The position numbers were made by a program, and so were the translations under genes. A stretch of DNA of 54,920 nucleotides from Candidatus Heimdallarchaeota archaeon (GTDB lineage Archaea > Asgardarchaeota > Heimdallarchaeia > JABLTI01), in assembly GCA_019056785.1 (NCBI GenBank), contig DXJV01000082.1, forward strand, positions 1 to 54,920, read 5' to 3'. The notes below the pieces were generated by a model. The model saw only the letters and a program-made list of their open reading frames with translations. It did not search any database and had not been told where the DNA came from. Each line of letters starts with the position of its first letter. Positions within the stretch are counted from its first letter, which is position 1. Below are positions 45,863 to 54,920 of this stretch, in pieces.

Positions 45863-47926
45863 ATGAAGCAATCAAAACATTTCGTATTAATTGTCCTCGT
45901 TTTGGCTCTTTTAGTTCCGGTTGTTACAGCATCTACAAAAGAGCAAATTACAAGAACAATTAATAGTAATTCTTGGGTAAATTTTGAGCAGGCGAATTTT
46001 GATCCCGCGGCAATCACAACAACGACGTTTAAAGGGGTAAGTAACGTCACTTGTTTTGTCGGTCCTGATTCCGCCTATGACTTAATAACGCATTATCTTG
46101 ATAAGGCGACCACTAGCATTTATTTGGAAGTATACACACTCTCAAGTGAACCCCTTGTGAACAAACTCATAGCAGCAAAAGGTCGGGGTGTGAGTATCAT
46201 TGTGGCAGTTTCACATGACCGGGTAAGTGGCTATGAGGATAATTATACAGAAGAAGCGGCCTACCGCTTGGATCAAGCAGGAATCGATGTCTATACAACT
46301 AGTCCCACTTTTACTTACACTCATGCCAAATTCTGGGTTATCGATTCAAAATGGACTTTTGTTTATTCTGGGAATTGGGCGCCCTCGAGTATTCCACAAT
46401 ATAATGGCGCAAGAACCAATCGAGAGATGGGGTTCTTCTTTGACGATACTAATGTTGCAGCTTATTACGAGGGCGTATTCTTAGATGATGTATCAATTGC
46501 CTCGGTGACAACGGGGGTAAATCATGGCCCTCTCCAAGCAAATGAGACAAGTGGAACTTACACTCATCCTTTTGATACACCGGAAACAATAGTAGAATAT
46601 ATGGAAATAACGCCGGTCTTTTCACCGGATAATAGCTATACTCTCTTGAAAGCGTTACTCGACTCAGCAAATAGCACAATTGATGTTGAATTACAATACA
46701 TTAAATTCGATTGTTATCTTCTTAACGACTTAATTAATGCTGCTAAAAGGAGTGTAGCCATTCGCGTTCTAATCCCCGAACCCGGTTCCGCAACTGAGAA
46801 TGTCACTCAGCTACTTTTTGATAACGGTATTAGTGTAAAATTTTTCAAAGGGTTGGGTCACAACCACAACAAATACATTAATGTCGACAATAAAATTGTC
46901 TCTGTTTCGAGCATAAATTGGTCCAACAATTCTGTTGTAAACAATCGTGAAGCAGGTGCAATTGTTCGCAATACTAATGTAGCAACCTATTTTAAGAGCG
47001 TTTTTGATTATGACTGGGCAAATAGCGAAGTGCCAACTGGCTTTAGCAAGCCTTTATCCATCGTTTCTCCTTCAGTGGGAGAAATCGCTGCAGGGAACTA
47101 TAATTTCCAAGTGAACTTTGCAGCGAATACCTTCACTTCAGCTCAATTCTTAATTGACAATGTTGCCGTACATACATTTACAAATCCTGCGGGTTTAATG
47201 GGGCACCCAATTGACTTAAGTGGGTATGCAAATGGTATTCACATCTTTAAAGTGGTAGCTACGCCCATGGCAGGCGATGATCAAGTTATCGAAGTTAAAT
47301 TCAATATAATCGCCCCTAATTTAGATTGGCTCGTATTGATCTCTGAAGTCAGATATGATGCTGTTACAGAACCAAATGGCGAATTCTTCGAAGTTTACAA
47401 CGGCTTTGATTTTAATGTCCTTCTTGGAGGGTGGCTTTTCACCGATAATGAAGATGACTATACGCTTCCAGACGACACAATTATCCTGGCAGACAATATG
47501 CTCATCTTTGTACGCGACACTAGCGCATTTACCACCGAAATGACCAATTTGGGTGTTGACCTTACAGGCATAACACCAGATATTGTTTACAATAACTTAC
47601 AACTGGGAAACACCGGTGACGAATTAATCATGAAAGACTCTACAGGAACAATTCGCGATGCAGTCCTCTGGGGGAGTGGTTCCTTATCAGGACACACACC
47701 TTGGACAGGAACGATGAATGATGATCTAAGCCTTCATAGGGATCCAGCAAACAGTGACACCAATGATTGCTCAGTAGATTTCAAAGCTGATACACCAAAC
47801 CCAGGTGTTGTATATATAACAGCAATTCCTTCAGGATTTATTCCGGGCTTTGTATTTAGTACCACACTTCTGGGCATTATTACCATTATTCTAGCTGCTC
47901 GCTTTATTCGTCGAAAAAGAAAGTAG
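45863..47926 (+). CDS. Surface phospholipase D-family enzyme with Ig-like and lamin-tail domains and GFIPGF sorting signal
   Basis: Signal peptide; HAKFWVID...SGN and HNKYINVD...SIN (two HKD motifs); NRE motifs; LTD ISEVRYD...EFFEVYN...LGNTGD; GFIPGF-TM-RRKRK. Confidence 0.9.
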   Translation: MKQSKHFVLIVLVLALLVPVVTASTKEQITRTINSNSWVNFEQANFDPAAITTTTFKGVSNVTCFVGPDSAYDLITHYLDKATTSIYLEVYTLSSEPLVNKLIAAKGRGVSIIVAVSHDRVSGYEDNYTEEAAYRLDQAGIDVYTTSPTFTYTHAKFWVIDSKWTFVYSGNWAPSSIPQYNGARTNREMGFFFDDTNVAAYYEGVFLDDVSIASVTTGVNHGPLQANETSGTYTHPFDTPETIVEYMEITPVFSPDNSYTLLKALLDSANSTIDVELQYIKFDCYLLNDLINAAKRSVAIRVLIPEPGSATENVTQLLFDNGISVKFFKGLGHNHNKYINVDNKIVSVSSINWSNNSVVNNREAGAIVRNTNVATYFKSVFDYDWANSEVPTGFSKPLSIVSPSVGEIAAGNYNFQVNFAANTFTSAQFLIDNVAVHTFTNPAGLMGHPIDLSGYANGIHIFKVVATPMAGDDQVIEVKFNIIAPNLDWLVLISEVRYDAVTEPNGEFFEVYNGFDFNVLLGGWLFTDNEDDYTLPDDTIILADNMLIFVRDTSAFTTEMTNLGVDLTGITPDIVYNNLQLGNTGDELIMKDSTGTIRDAVLWGSGSLSGHTPWTGTMNDDLSLHRDPANSDTNDCSVDFKADTPNPGVVYITAIPSGFIPGFVFSTTLLGIITIILAARFIRRKRK

Positions 47927-48033
47927 GCCATCCTTTCCCCCCTTTCTTTTTTTTCTAATTTTAAACGCAAAATATTAATTTGACTTTTTGTCAAAGTATT
48001 TCCGAAACAATCCCCCTTCCTTTGGTGTTCTAT

Positions 48034-48507
48034 TTGTATAAAGAAATGATTTTTCGACTGTCATCCAAACATGTTTTGGACACCCTCTTAACAGAACTTG
48101 AAGAACAGATAAAACTAGAGAAAGATAGCATGGATGAAGGGTTGGGATTTAGTTTACGAAATGCAGATCGAAGTTTACATCTCCAAGTCTTCCCAATGAA
48201 AGAAGGGGAACTCTTTGAAGTTGCCATAAAAACAAACTCAAAAGAACTCGAGGCAATAATTAAACAAGTATTCAACCAACCAGCCAAAGAAAGGATTATT
48301 GATGCCTCTTTCCTGGATATTGTAGAATTTATTGCCAAATTACCTGATAATTTCTCTCATAAAGAATTAAAGCAACTTCTTTATGAGCAATTCAACCTTT
48401 CAGAAGAAAAAATAGCTTATTTTGGAGATTTGATTCTTAAACAAGCAAAACTTCCAAACGCACGAGAAGAATTCAAACAAGCAGCTCTTCATTGGCGCCA
48501 AAAGTAA
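48034..48507 (+). CDS. Hypothetical cytoplasmic protein (paralog of 45350..45802)
   Basis: GGTG SD then TTG 48034 gives MYKEMIFR, which aligns with MKLIFK of the paralog. Confidence 0.72.
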   Translation: MYKEMIFRLSSKHVLDTLLTELEEQIKLEKDSMDEGLGFSLRNADRSLHLQVFPMKEGELFEVAIKTNSKELEAIIKQVFNQPAKERIIDASFLDIVEFIAKLPDNFSHKELKQLLYEQFNLSEEKIAYFGDLILKQAKLPNAREEFKQAALHWRQK

Positions 48508-48513
48508 CTGGAT

Positions 48514-49098
48514 TCAAAAGATAGGCTTGCAAAGGCATTTGTTCATTTTAAGGTCAAGAAAATTGAAGCTGTTTGCGGGGCTTATTTGCCAGACGGTATC
48601 TGCTCCCCGCCCTGTACCGCCGACAGCAAGTACGTCTTGATCAATAGGGATTAAGCCTGCATCTGCAGCCATTAAAACGATTTCTGCACAAACTTTTGTT
48701 CCTTGACCAAACGTTCGGTAGACTTCAGCTACAAGCTCTGCGAACTTCCATGTGCCTAATTTTCGTCTGATCGCCCGGTCCACACCTGCAAATGCATGGG
48801 TCGTTGTCAGTACAGCCACATTTTTCTTTTTAAGAAGTCCAAGCAACTCAGGATCAAACTCATTTTCACCCGGTTTAACAAAACCATAAGAATGGGTGAC
48901 AATGACAAGTTTTTCTAAATTAGTGAAAATGTCCAGGGCTTTTGCAGCTGTTGTTCCTTTTGATGAAGCGACTACAACCTTCGGGATTTCATATTCTTCA
49001 GCATACTCGTAAGCTAACTTCAAAGCTTTTTCGGTATTTGCGCTTCCGGCTTTTTTAAAGTAGATTATTGTCTCAACTTCTGACATTGCTTTTACCAC
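48514..49098 (-). CDS. Pyruvate kinase C-terminal (alpha/beta) domain-like protein, MTH1675-type
   Basis: YFKKAGSANT, VVASSKGTTA, VTHSYGF, FGQGTKVCAEIVLMAADAGLI, GGTGRGADT. Confidence 0.88.
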   Translation of the reverse strand: MVKAMSEVETIIYFKKAGSANTEKALKLAYEYAEEYEIPKVVVASSKGTTAAKALDIFTNLEKLVIVTHSYGFVKPGENEFDPELLGLLKKKNVAVLTTTHAFAGVDRAIRRKLGTWKFAELVAEVYRTFGQGTKVCAEIVLMAADAGLIPIDQDVLAVGGTGRGADTVWQISPANSFNFLDLKMNKCLCKPIF

Positions 49099-49155
49099 AT
49101 GGACGAACTGTTCTACAAACAGTTGATACCTTCACAACTAAATAGGTTTTTTGCT

Positions 49156-49623
49156 TTATGTTGTAGTGTTATAAAATCGGCATTTTGCATCAAAAGATTG
49201 AATGAATGGCTCGAGGGTGTTCACAACCATCTCCATAGATAGGGCTTTTAGAAAGAAAAAATGCCCTACACAACGACAATCTGAAGAGCCAAAATGCTCA
49301 TAGACAACCAAAAGTTCCCGGGAAAAAGAAGTAAGAAGCTGTTGGCTTAAAAGGCACTCCAAACGCCTATTAGAAAGGACCTCCAAAATGGCGATCACTT
49401 GAACTGTCTTTGATGCCAAAAGATAGTCAATATGCCAAAAGAGTTTCTTGTTTTTTTGCAAGTGACGTGCAAGCCTTTTATTCAAACCACCAGGCCCCAT
49501 AGCTGAACCAACATAGACATAATAGCCTTCTGGGAAAAACATCTCCCCCAAAGAGCCGATATTAACAGCAATGTCATTCATGTTGGAAATAAAAAGAAGG
49601 TACGAACCTTTTGGCTGCATCAA
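49156..49623 (-). CDS. DUF123 / GIY-YIG (Uri) family nuclease
   Basis: [38 protein letters not shown]. Confidence 0.9.
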   Translation of the reverse strand: MMQPKGSYLLFISNMNDIAVNIGSLGEMFFPEGYYVYVGSAMGPGGLNKRLARHLQKNKKLFWHIDYLLASKTVQVIAILEVLSNRRLECLLSQQLLTSFSRELLVVYEHFGSSDCRCVGHFFFLKALSMEMVVNTLEPFIQSFDAKCRFYNTTT

Positions 49624-49647
49624 TGTCGTGCCTCAAAACACTTGCAC

Positions 49648-50757
49648 TTAAAGAAGCTCCCAGATACGTCTTGGAACTTCGTATAGAAACTCGCAACCAT
49701 CTTTGCGAACGACCACATCATCTTCAATTCGCACGCCAAACGATCCTTCAATATAGATACCAGGTTCGATGGTATGACACATTCCTGCTTGCAATACAAG
49801 TTTGTTGCCTTTTACAATATAGGGCCGTTCATGTCCTTCGATTCCAATTCCATGACCCAGTCGATGTGTGAAGTATTTCCCATACCCCTTCTCTGTTATG
49901 AAATCTCGCGCAGCTTTATCAACTTCTTCAGCTATCGCGCCTTCTTTGGAAGCTGCAAAAGCAGCTCGATTCGCATTGTAAACAATGTCATAGATTTCAA
50001 GGAATTTGTCACTCGGCTCACCAATCACAGAGGTAATGGTCACATCACCAAAATAGCCTTCATAGATTGGACCCGCATCAATTAAAAGAACATCATTTTT
50101 CTCTATTGTTCTCCCTGTAGGGGAGCCATGAGGAAAAGAAGAATTCGCACCCGATTGAACAAGGGCAAAAGCAGGTGTTCCTTCCTTTGCAAGCTCTTTT
50201 CGTACAATCGTAGCAATCTCCGTTTCATTCATCCCCGGCTCTACTTGTTTAAAAGTATTAATGATCGCAGTTGCAGCTATTTCCGAAGCTTTCCGCATGA
50301 TTGCTATTTCTTCCTCGGTCTTTATTAGCCGCGCAATTTGCACTACTTTTGAAGCGTCACTAAATTCTACCTTTGGAAGCTCTTTTTTTATGCGTAAGAA
50401 CCATTCAAACCACAATTTATTATCCATGGAAATTTTTCCGGCTTCAGCGCCCAGTTCAACGATAATTTTTGCTAACAATTTAAAAGGGTCCTCATCCTCT
50501 TCCCAGGTGCGAATAGTTCCCTGGGTAAAACTCTTTTCAATTCGACTCTTCTCAAAGCTCGGGCAAAGGACAACCGGTTTGCCTTCTGCTGGAAGGACCA
50601 ATGCAGTTAATCGCTCACTAGCATATATATTCAAACCAGTAGCGTAAAATAAATCCACACCCGGGACCAAAATCAGGCATTGAGAAGCTGTTTCTTTCAA
50701 TAACTCTTGTAATCGTTTCATTCGAGCTGTAACCATTTGAATCATCCTTTTATGCAC
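49648..50757 (-). CDS. pepQ: Xaa-Pro aminopeptidase/prolidase (M24B)
   Basis: Creatinase-like N-domain, PH, IDAG...GDVT, HRLGHGIG, EPGIY, GVRIEDD. Confidence 0.93.
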   Translation of the reverse strand: MHKRMIQMVTARMKRLQELLKETASQCLILVPGVDLFYATGLNIYASERLTALVLPAEGKPVVLCPSFEKSRIEKSFTQGTIRTWEEDEDPFKLLAKIIVELGAEAGKISMDNKLWFEWFLRIKKELPKVEFSDASKVVQIARLIKTEEEIAIMRKASEIAATAIINTFKQVEPGMNETEIATIVRKELAKEGTPAFALVQSGANSSFPHGSPTGRTIEKNDVLLIDAGPIYEGYFGDVTITSVIGEPSDKFLEIYDIVYNANRAAFAASKEGAIAEEVDKAARDFITEKGYGKYFTHRLGHGIGIEGHERPYIVKGNKLVLQAGMCHTIEPGIYIEGSFGVRIEDDVVVRKDGCEFLYEVPRRIWELL

Positions 50758-50804
50758 TAGCTATTAAATACCATTTTAGTACAAAAAACTTATTCTCACA
50801 ATTT

Positions 50805-51773
50805 TTAGGATGAATCTGTTGTTGGCGACTTTTTCTTAGATTCAAGAAATGCTTTTTCCAACATTAAGAGAAACTCTTTTGAAAGTTCAAATGATGATGT
50901 TAGAGCATTTTTAAAGGTAAAACCTGACCGATGATGATGCCCACCACCTCCGAAGCTTGCTGCTATGGTTGCCACATCTATTGTGTCACTTCGCAGGCCT
51001 ATTCGGAAATTATTAGTATCAATGGCCATATAAATATCCGCTTTAACAATTTCAGACAAAAATTTAGTGACCTTTCCTCGAGGTAAAAGCTTCGAATAGG
51101 CAAAGGCGACAGTCGTACTATCAAATACAAGAATCTTGTGCTCAGCCCGAATGCGATCTCGTTCTGCTTCAAATGCTTTATAAGCTTCAAGAAATTCTTC
51201 CATGATTACTGGTGACTCGAATTCTCCAGAACTTAAAATCTCCCGTATCCTGATGAGATCATTCATTGAGAACCGATAGAAGTCAATCAGGGTATAATAA
51301 ATGTTGGTTAATCGGTCGTCTACATCAAAATCACCATTATGACTGATCTGAGCGATCTGCTTGGAAATTTCATCTGTGGGCATAAAACGCTTTTGAACTA
51401 ATTCAGCTGCACAAACAGAGGTGTCATGAATGAATTCGTTTGTAACAGCTTGTAGCTGTTTTTTCAACTCCAATGGAGCTTTGTGATGGTCTATCCAAAT
51501 CTTTCGTGCCTTTAAATCGCGCAAGGTATCTACTATGGCATTGATAATGCGAGCATTTAATCCTATGTCTGTAATAATAAGCACATCAGGTTTTTCTTGT
51601 AACGCTTTTGGGAAAACATCAAGAAAATTGTAATAATCAGCAAGAAAACCGATTGGCTCAATATGAAGTTCTCTAAAATACCGATAAAGAATTGCTTGAG
51701 CACCAATGCCATCAGGATCAATGGAATGGGAAATTGAGACCACTTTGAGGGGAGGCATGACTAACAATTGCAT
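50805..51773 (-). CDS. DHH/DHHA1 family phosphoesterase (NrnA-like)
   Basis: SHSIDPDG, ITDIG, WIDHH, LRS...GGGGH. Confidence 0.9.
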   Translation of the reverse strand: MQLLVMPPLKVVSISHSIDPDGIGAQAILYRYFRELHIEPIGFLADYYNFLDVFPKALQEKPDVLIITDIGLNARIINAIVDTLRDLKARKIWIDHHKAPLELKKQLQAVTNEFIHDTSVCAAELVQKRFMPTDEISKQIAQISHNGDFDVDDRLTNIYYTLIDFYRFSMNDLIRIREILSSGEFESPVIMEEFLEAYKAFEAERDRIRAEHKILVFDSTTVAFAYSKLLPRGKVTKFLSEIVKADIYMAIDTNNFRIGLRSDTIDVATIAASFGGGGHHHRSGFTFKNALTSSFELSKEFLLMLEKAFLESKKKSPTTDSS

Positions 51774-51835
51774 GCTTCGAATTTAAATTTCTAATCATAC
51801 AAGTCAAAAAGTGAATACTCGTTCTTGCAAAATGA

Positions 51836-51843
51836 TTTATATA
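51836..51843 (+). promoter_or_regulatory. Probable TATA box of the eIF6 operon
   Basis: TTTATATA preceded by purine-rich GCAAAATGA (BRE-like) in the divergent intergenic region. Confidence 0.5.
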
Positions 51844-51938
51844 GTAAATTAAAAATTCGCCGAATGAGTAAGAAAAACTCAACTAGTGTTCTTTTTAGAT
51901 GAGAAGAACAGTAGCAAATCCGAATATAGGGTGGAAAA

Positions 51939-52616
51939 ATGAACATTATTCGTACGACTGTCAATGGGCTAGCAACTTTGGGAGCCTTTGGTGTTGCCAC
52001 TGATAAATTTGCTCTCGTGGCAAAGATATGGTCTCAAAAGGCAAAAGATGCTATTACTAAAGCACTTGAAGTTCCTGTCTATGAAATTAATATTGGTGAT
52101 TCTGCACTGGTTGGTATTCTTACTGCTGCAAACTCCAAAGGAATTGTTTTACCCCATATTGTTGCCCCCCGCGAGCTGGAAACCCTACAGAAGGTATTAG
52201 GTGATAATGTGAACATAGCTGTCGTTGAGAGTAAAATAACTTGTATGGGCAATTGTATCTTAGTTAATGATAACGGTGCAATCATTCATGAGAAATTTGA
52301 ACCAGAAGCAATTGCAACAATTCGAGATACGCTTGGAGTGGAAGTTGAGCGAGGGAATATTTTAAAATCACCTCTCGTTGGTTCTCATGCCTTAGCGACA
52401 AATAGGGGTGTTCTTACTCACCCCCTTACAACAGAAATGGAAATGAATTGGTTAAGTGAACGATTAGCCGTTCCAGTCAATGTTGGAACCATTAATCGTG
52501 GCGTACCTTTTGTTAGCATAGGTTGTTTTGCAAATTCAAATGGTGCCATAGCAGGCAAAGAAACAACTGGACCAGAGCTTCAAAGATTATATCAAACCTT
52601 GCGGGGAGTAATATAG
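51939..52616 (+). CDS. eif6: Translation initiation factor 6 (aIF6/eIF6)
   Basis: LVGILTAANSKG, MGNCILVNDNGA, GTINRG, ANSNGA...TTGPEL. Confidence 0.96.
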   Translation: MNIIRTTVNGLATLGAFGVATDKFALVAKIWSQKAKDAITKALEVPVYEINIGDSALVGILTAANSKGIVLPHIVAPRELETLQKVLGDNVNIAVVESKITCMGNCILVNDNGAIIHEKFEPEAIATIRDTLGVEVERGNILKSPLVGSHALATNRGVLTHPLTTEMEMNWLSERLAVPVNVGTINRGVPFVSIGCFANSNGAIAGKETTGPELQRLYQTLRGVI

Positions 52617-52696
52617 AATATTAATCGTTCCATCCAAAAATAATAAAAAGAGCAGAAAAATTGTTCAACTGACCCAGATAAAAGAGTTGGAAAACC

Positions 52697-52960
52697 ATGG
52701 TAAAAGAAGTGCAAGTGAAAAATTACCGGATAACATTACTTAGGAAACCATTAACCACAAAACAAGTATTCAATGTAGATGTCCGAGCTGTTTCAAAAGA
52801 AGATGCAATTGAAAAAGCCTTTTCGAGGATTGGAAGCAAACACCGCGTCCCACGACAGCTATTAAAAGTGAAAAAAATCAAAGAAATAGCTGCTTCTGAC
52901 CTGAAAGATCCAATTCTTCGAGAAATAGCTTCTGATGAAAAGATCAAGATTCATCAATAA
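52697..52960 (+). CDS. rpl18a: Ribosomal protein eL20 (L18Ae/LX)
   Basis: AIEKAFSRIGSKHRVPR motif; conserved position between eIF6 and prefoldin alpha. Confidence 0.93.
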   Translation: MVKEVQVKNYRITLLRKPLTTKQVFNVDVRAVSKEDAIEKAFSRIGSKHRVPRQLLKVKKIKEIAASDLKDPILREIASDEKIKIHQ

Positions 52961-53029
52961 AAGTGAAAAACAATAGTTAAGCAAACCATTTATCAAAGTG
53001 GGTTTGCTATTAGAATTTAGGTGAAAAGA

Positions 53030-53497
53030 ATGAGCGAAGAACAAAAATTAAAAGATGAATTCCAACGAATTTCAAACGAATTGCAACAGTTCGATGAGTT
53101 TGGTAAACATTTACAAAGTCAAATCGAATCCCTACAATCATACTTAATTGAACTCTCCCGTACGAAAACAACCCTGATAGGATTAAAAGAAGAACCTGAT
53201 GCGGAGGAAGTACTTCTACAATTAGGCTCAGGTGTAATGGTTCGTGCAAAACCCCTTGAACCAAAAAAAGTTTTCGCAAATGTTGGTGCAGGTGTGACCA
53301 TTTCAAAGACAATTGAAGAAGCAATTCAAGACATCAATAATAGAATTGATGAAGTTGAGAAAGAACGACTCGCTCTCGCAGACCAATTAAGTCAAATCAT
53401 TAGTCAAATAAACGAACGTGAGCGACGTGCACAGGCAATTTACCAGCAATTACAGGGAACCTCAAAACCAACTTACGACCCCAATTTAGTTAGTTAG
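53030..53497 (+). CDS. pfdA: Prefoldin subunit alpha
   Basis: Coiled coils flanking two hairpins (VLLQLGSGV, VFANVGAGV); AGGTGA SD then ATG 53030. Confidence 0.93.
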   Translation: MSEEQKLKDEFQRISNELQQFDEFGKHLQSQIESLQSYLIELSRTKTTLIGLKEEPDAEEVLLQLGSGVMVRAKPLEPKKVFANVGAGVTISKTIEEAIQDINNRIDEVEKERLALADQLSQIISQINERERRAQAIYQQLQGTSKPTYDPNLVS

Positions 53498-53607
53498 TTA
53501 GAACTATGTACCGGATTCTCTCGTCTATCCTTCCTGTTGTAAGATGAAACCAACTTTTAAAAGAAAGTGAATGGATTGCTATTCAAAAAAATGAGGCGAT
53601 TGTAAAA

Positions 53608-54522
53608 TTGTTCAAGAAATTTCGCAGTGGAATAAATGCTGCATTGGAAAAGTTAACCCAAAAAGAATTAACAGAAAAGAAACTCCAGAAACCACTTTAT
53701 GATTTACAGTTGTCCTTAATTCAAAACAACGTTGCAGTACCTATTGCTGAAAAGATCACCAAGGATGTTGAACAAGCCCTTATTAAAACAAAGGTAGGAA
53801 GACTAACCTCATTGAAAAAAGTCGCCTACGAAGCATTGCGAAAAGCAATCATTGAGATTCTTGAACCACCAGGCGAAAAGATAGACTTATTAAAAATTAT
53901 TGATGAAAATAAAAAAGAAGGCAGACCAACTGTTCTGGCGATTTTTGGACCAAATGGCGCCGGAAAAACAACTACCATTGCTAAACTGACACAATACTTG
54001 ATTGATCACAATCATTCTGTAGTTATCGGTGCTGGTGACACATTCCGTGCAGGAGCAATAGACCAAATTAGCAAACATTGCAAAAAACTAGGTGTACGAA
54101 TAATCAAACAAGATTATGGTGCTGATCCTGCCGCAGTAATTTATGATGCCATTAATCACGCTAAAGCAAAGGGAATAGATGTTGTAATTGCCGACACAGC
54201 CGGAAGGTTGCAAACAAATAAGAACCTCATGCGAGAGCTTCAGAAAATTGTTCGAGTAGCAGATCCGGACCTGAATATCTTTGTCGCAGATGCTCTTACC
54301 GGGAATGATGCTGCATATCAGGCGAAGGAATATGATCGGATGGTTGGTATTGATGCCAGCATTTTAACTAAGGTTGATGCAGACCCGAAAGGTGGCGCTG
54401 CACTTTCTATCGTTTATGCCACAAAAGCCCCCATCATATTTATTGGCATTGGACAAAAATATAGCGATTTCAAGCCTTTCGATCCTAAATGGTTTGCAGA
54501 AGCAATCATCCCTCAAAAATAG
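53608..54522 (+). CDS. ftsY: Signal recognition particle receptor FtsY (NG domain only)
   Basis: GPNGAGKTTT, DTFRAGA, DTAGR, TKVDADPKGG, GIGQKY; TTG start. Confidence 0.97.
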   Translation: MFKKFRSGINAALEKLTQKELTEKKLQKPLYDLQLSLIQNNVAVPIAEKITKDVEQALIKTKVGRLTSLKKVAYEALRKAIIEILEPPGEKIDLLKIIDENKKEGRPTVLAIFGPNGAGKTTTIAKLTQYLIDHNHSVVIGAGDTFRAGAIDQISKHCKKLGVRIIKQDYGADPAAVIYDAINHAKAKGIDVVIADTAGRLQTNKNLMRELQKIVRVADPDLNIFVADALTGNDAAYQAKEYDRMVGIDASILTKVDADPKGGAALSIVYATKAPIIFIGIGQKYSDFKPFDPKWFAEAIIPQK

Positions 54523-54565
54523 CCTTTCTTAACAAAAAAAGGGGAGAAAAAAATTTTTCTCGTTT

Positions 54566-54920
54566 TTAATTATCTTTGACTCTTTCAGAAGAAGATAATT
54601 CTAATACATCCTCTCGTATCTTATCAGTTGAATCTGCAACGAAAGCATCACTTTTTTGTTGTCGAAGCTTAATACCTTCTTTGATCCATTGGTATTCCTC
54701 CCCACGCCGAATCTTTGAGATGACTACAGGTAAGGAATAATAAAGAATAATAAAACCAATACTTGAAATAAAGCCTATTATTAGCAACTGATTACGATTA
54801 TTGATTTTATTGTCATCAGGGTCAAGAGGATTTGTTCCGTCAATAAGTTCTTGACCATCAGTAATACCATCACCATCTGTATCTTCCATTAAGGGATTGG
54901 TTCCAAGGGCCACTTCTATC
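54566..54920 (-). CDS. 3' end of a membrane-anchored protein with thrombospondin type 3-like Ca-binding repeats (start outside window)
   Basis: GTNPLMEDTDGDGITDGQELIDGTNPLDPDD followed by a TM and a short cytoplasmic tail. Confidence 0.82.
   Translation of the reverse strand, partial: IEVALGTNPLMEDTDGDGITDGQELIDGTNPLDPDDNKINNRNQLLIIGFISSIGFIILYYSLPVVISKIRRGEEYQWIKEGIKLRQQKSDAFVADSTDKIREDVLELSSSERVKDN

Noticed and set aside
47330-47810. Lamin-tail domain as evidence of a nuclear lamin homolog
   Set aside because: LTDs are common on prokaryotic secreted hydrolases; here it is extracellular and has no coiled-coil rod.
49156-49623. GIY-YIG gene as a homing endonuclease or mobile element
   Set aside because: Matches the cellular DUF123 type; no intron, intein or terminal repeats, and it sits within a housekeeping run.
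53487-53502. Short TTAG tandem run at the pfdA stop
   Set aside because: Four units only; a trivial microsatellite.
1-54920. tRNA, rRNA, CRISPR arrays, transposases, integrases
   Set aside because: No cloverleaf-like GC-rich segment, spaced direct repeats or recombinase motifs seen by eye; tRNAscan-SE and Infernal would be needed to exclude small RNAs.

Overview
Gene-dense, AT-rich archaeal chromosomal segment, most consistent with an Asgard archaeon of the Heimdallarchaeia type. This is inferred from archaeal core genes (eIF6-eL20-prefoldin alpha-FtsY, PAN, A/V-ATPase D, LrpA/Ptr2), GGTGA/AGGTG Shine-Dalgarno motifs, three surface proteins ending in a GFIPGF-TM-basic sorting tail, an Arf-like GTPase fusion and a HEAT-PCI protein. 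It holds about 55 CDS: a 2-oxoacid:ferredoxin oxidoreductase operon, a SERCA-like P-type ATPase, ATP-PEPCK, an ABC-2 exporter, lipoate ligase, a secreted phospholipase D, several GNATs and many unknown membrane proteins. I found no tRNA, rRNA, CRISPR array or mobile element by eye. The ORF track misses four things: a GT-B glycosyltransferase running off the left edge, a 59-aa ORF, a 47-aa CxxC..CxxC zinc ribbon, and a 5' extension of an OsmC gene that has no ATG/GTG/TTG start. Best leads: the Arf-like GTPase fused to a longin-like domain; the HEAT+PCI protein near PAN; apparent non-canonical (ATT/CTN) initiation in a tandem OsmC pair; a Ptr2-consensus operator in front of an LrpA/Ptr2 gene; a surface PLD bracketed by two paralogous unknown genes; and an ABC ATPase and an ITPase with degenerate catalytic motifs. 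All family calls come from motif recognition, not database searches.
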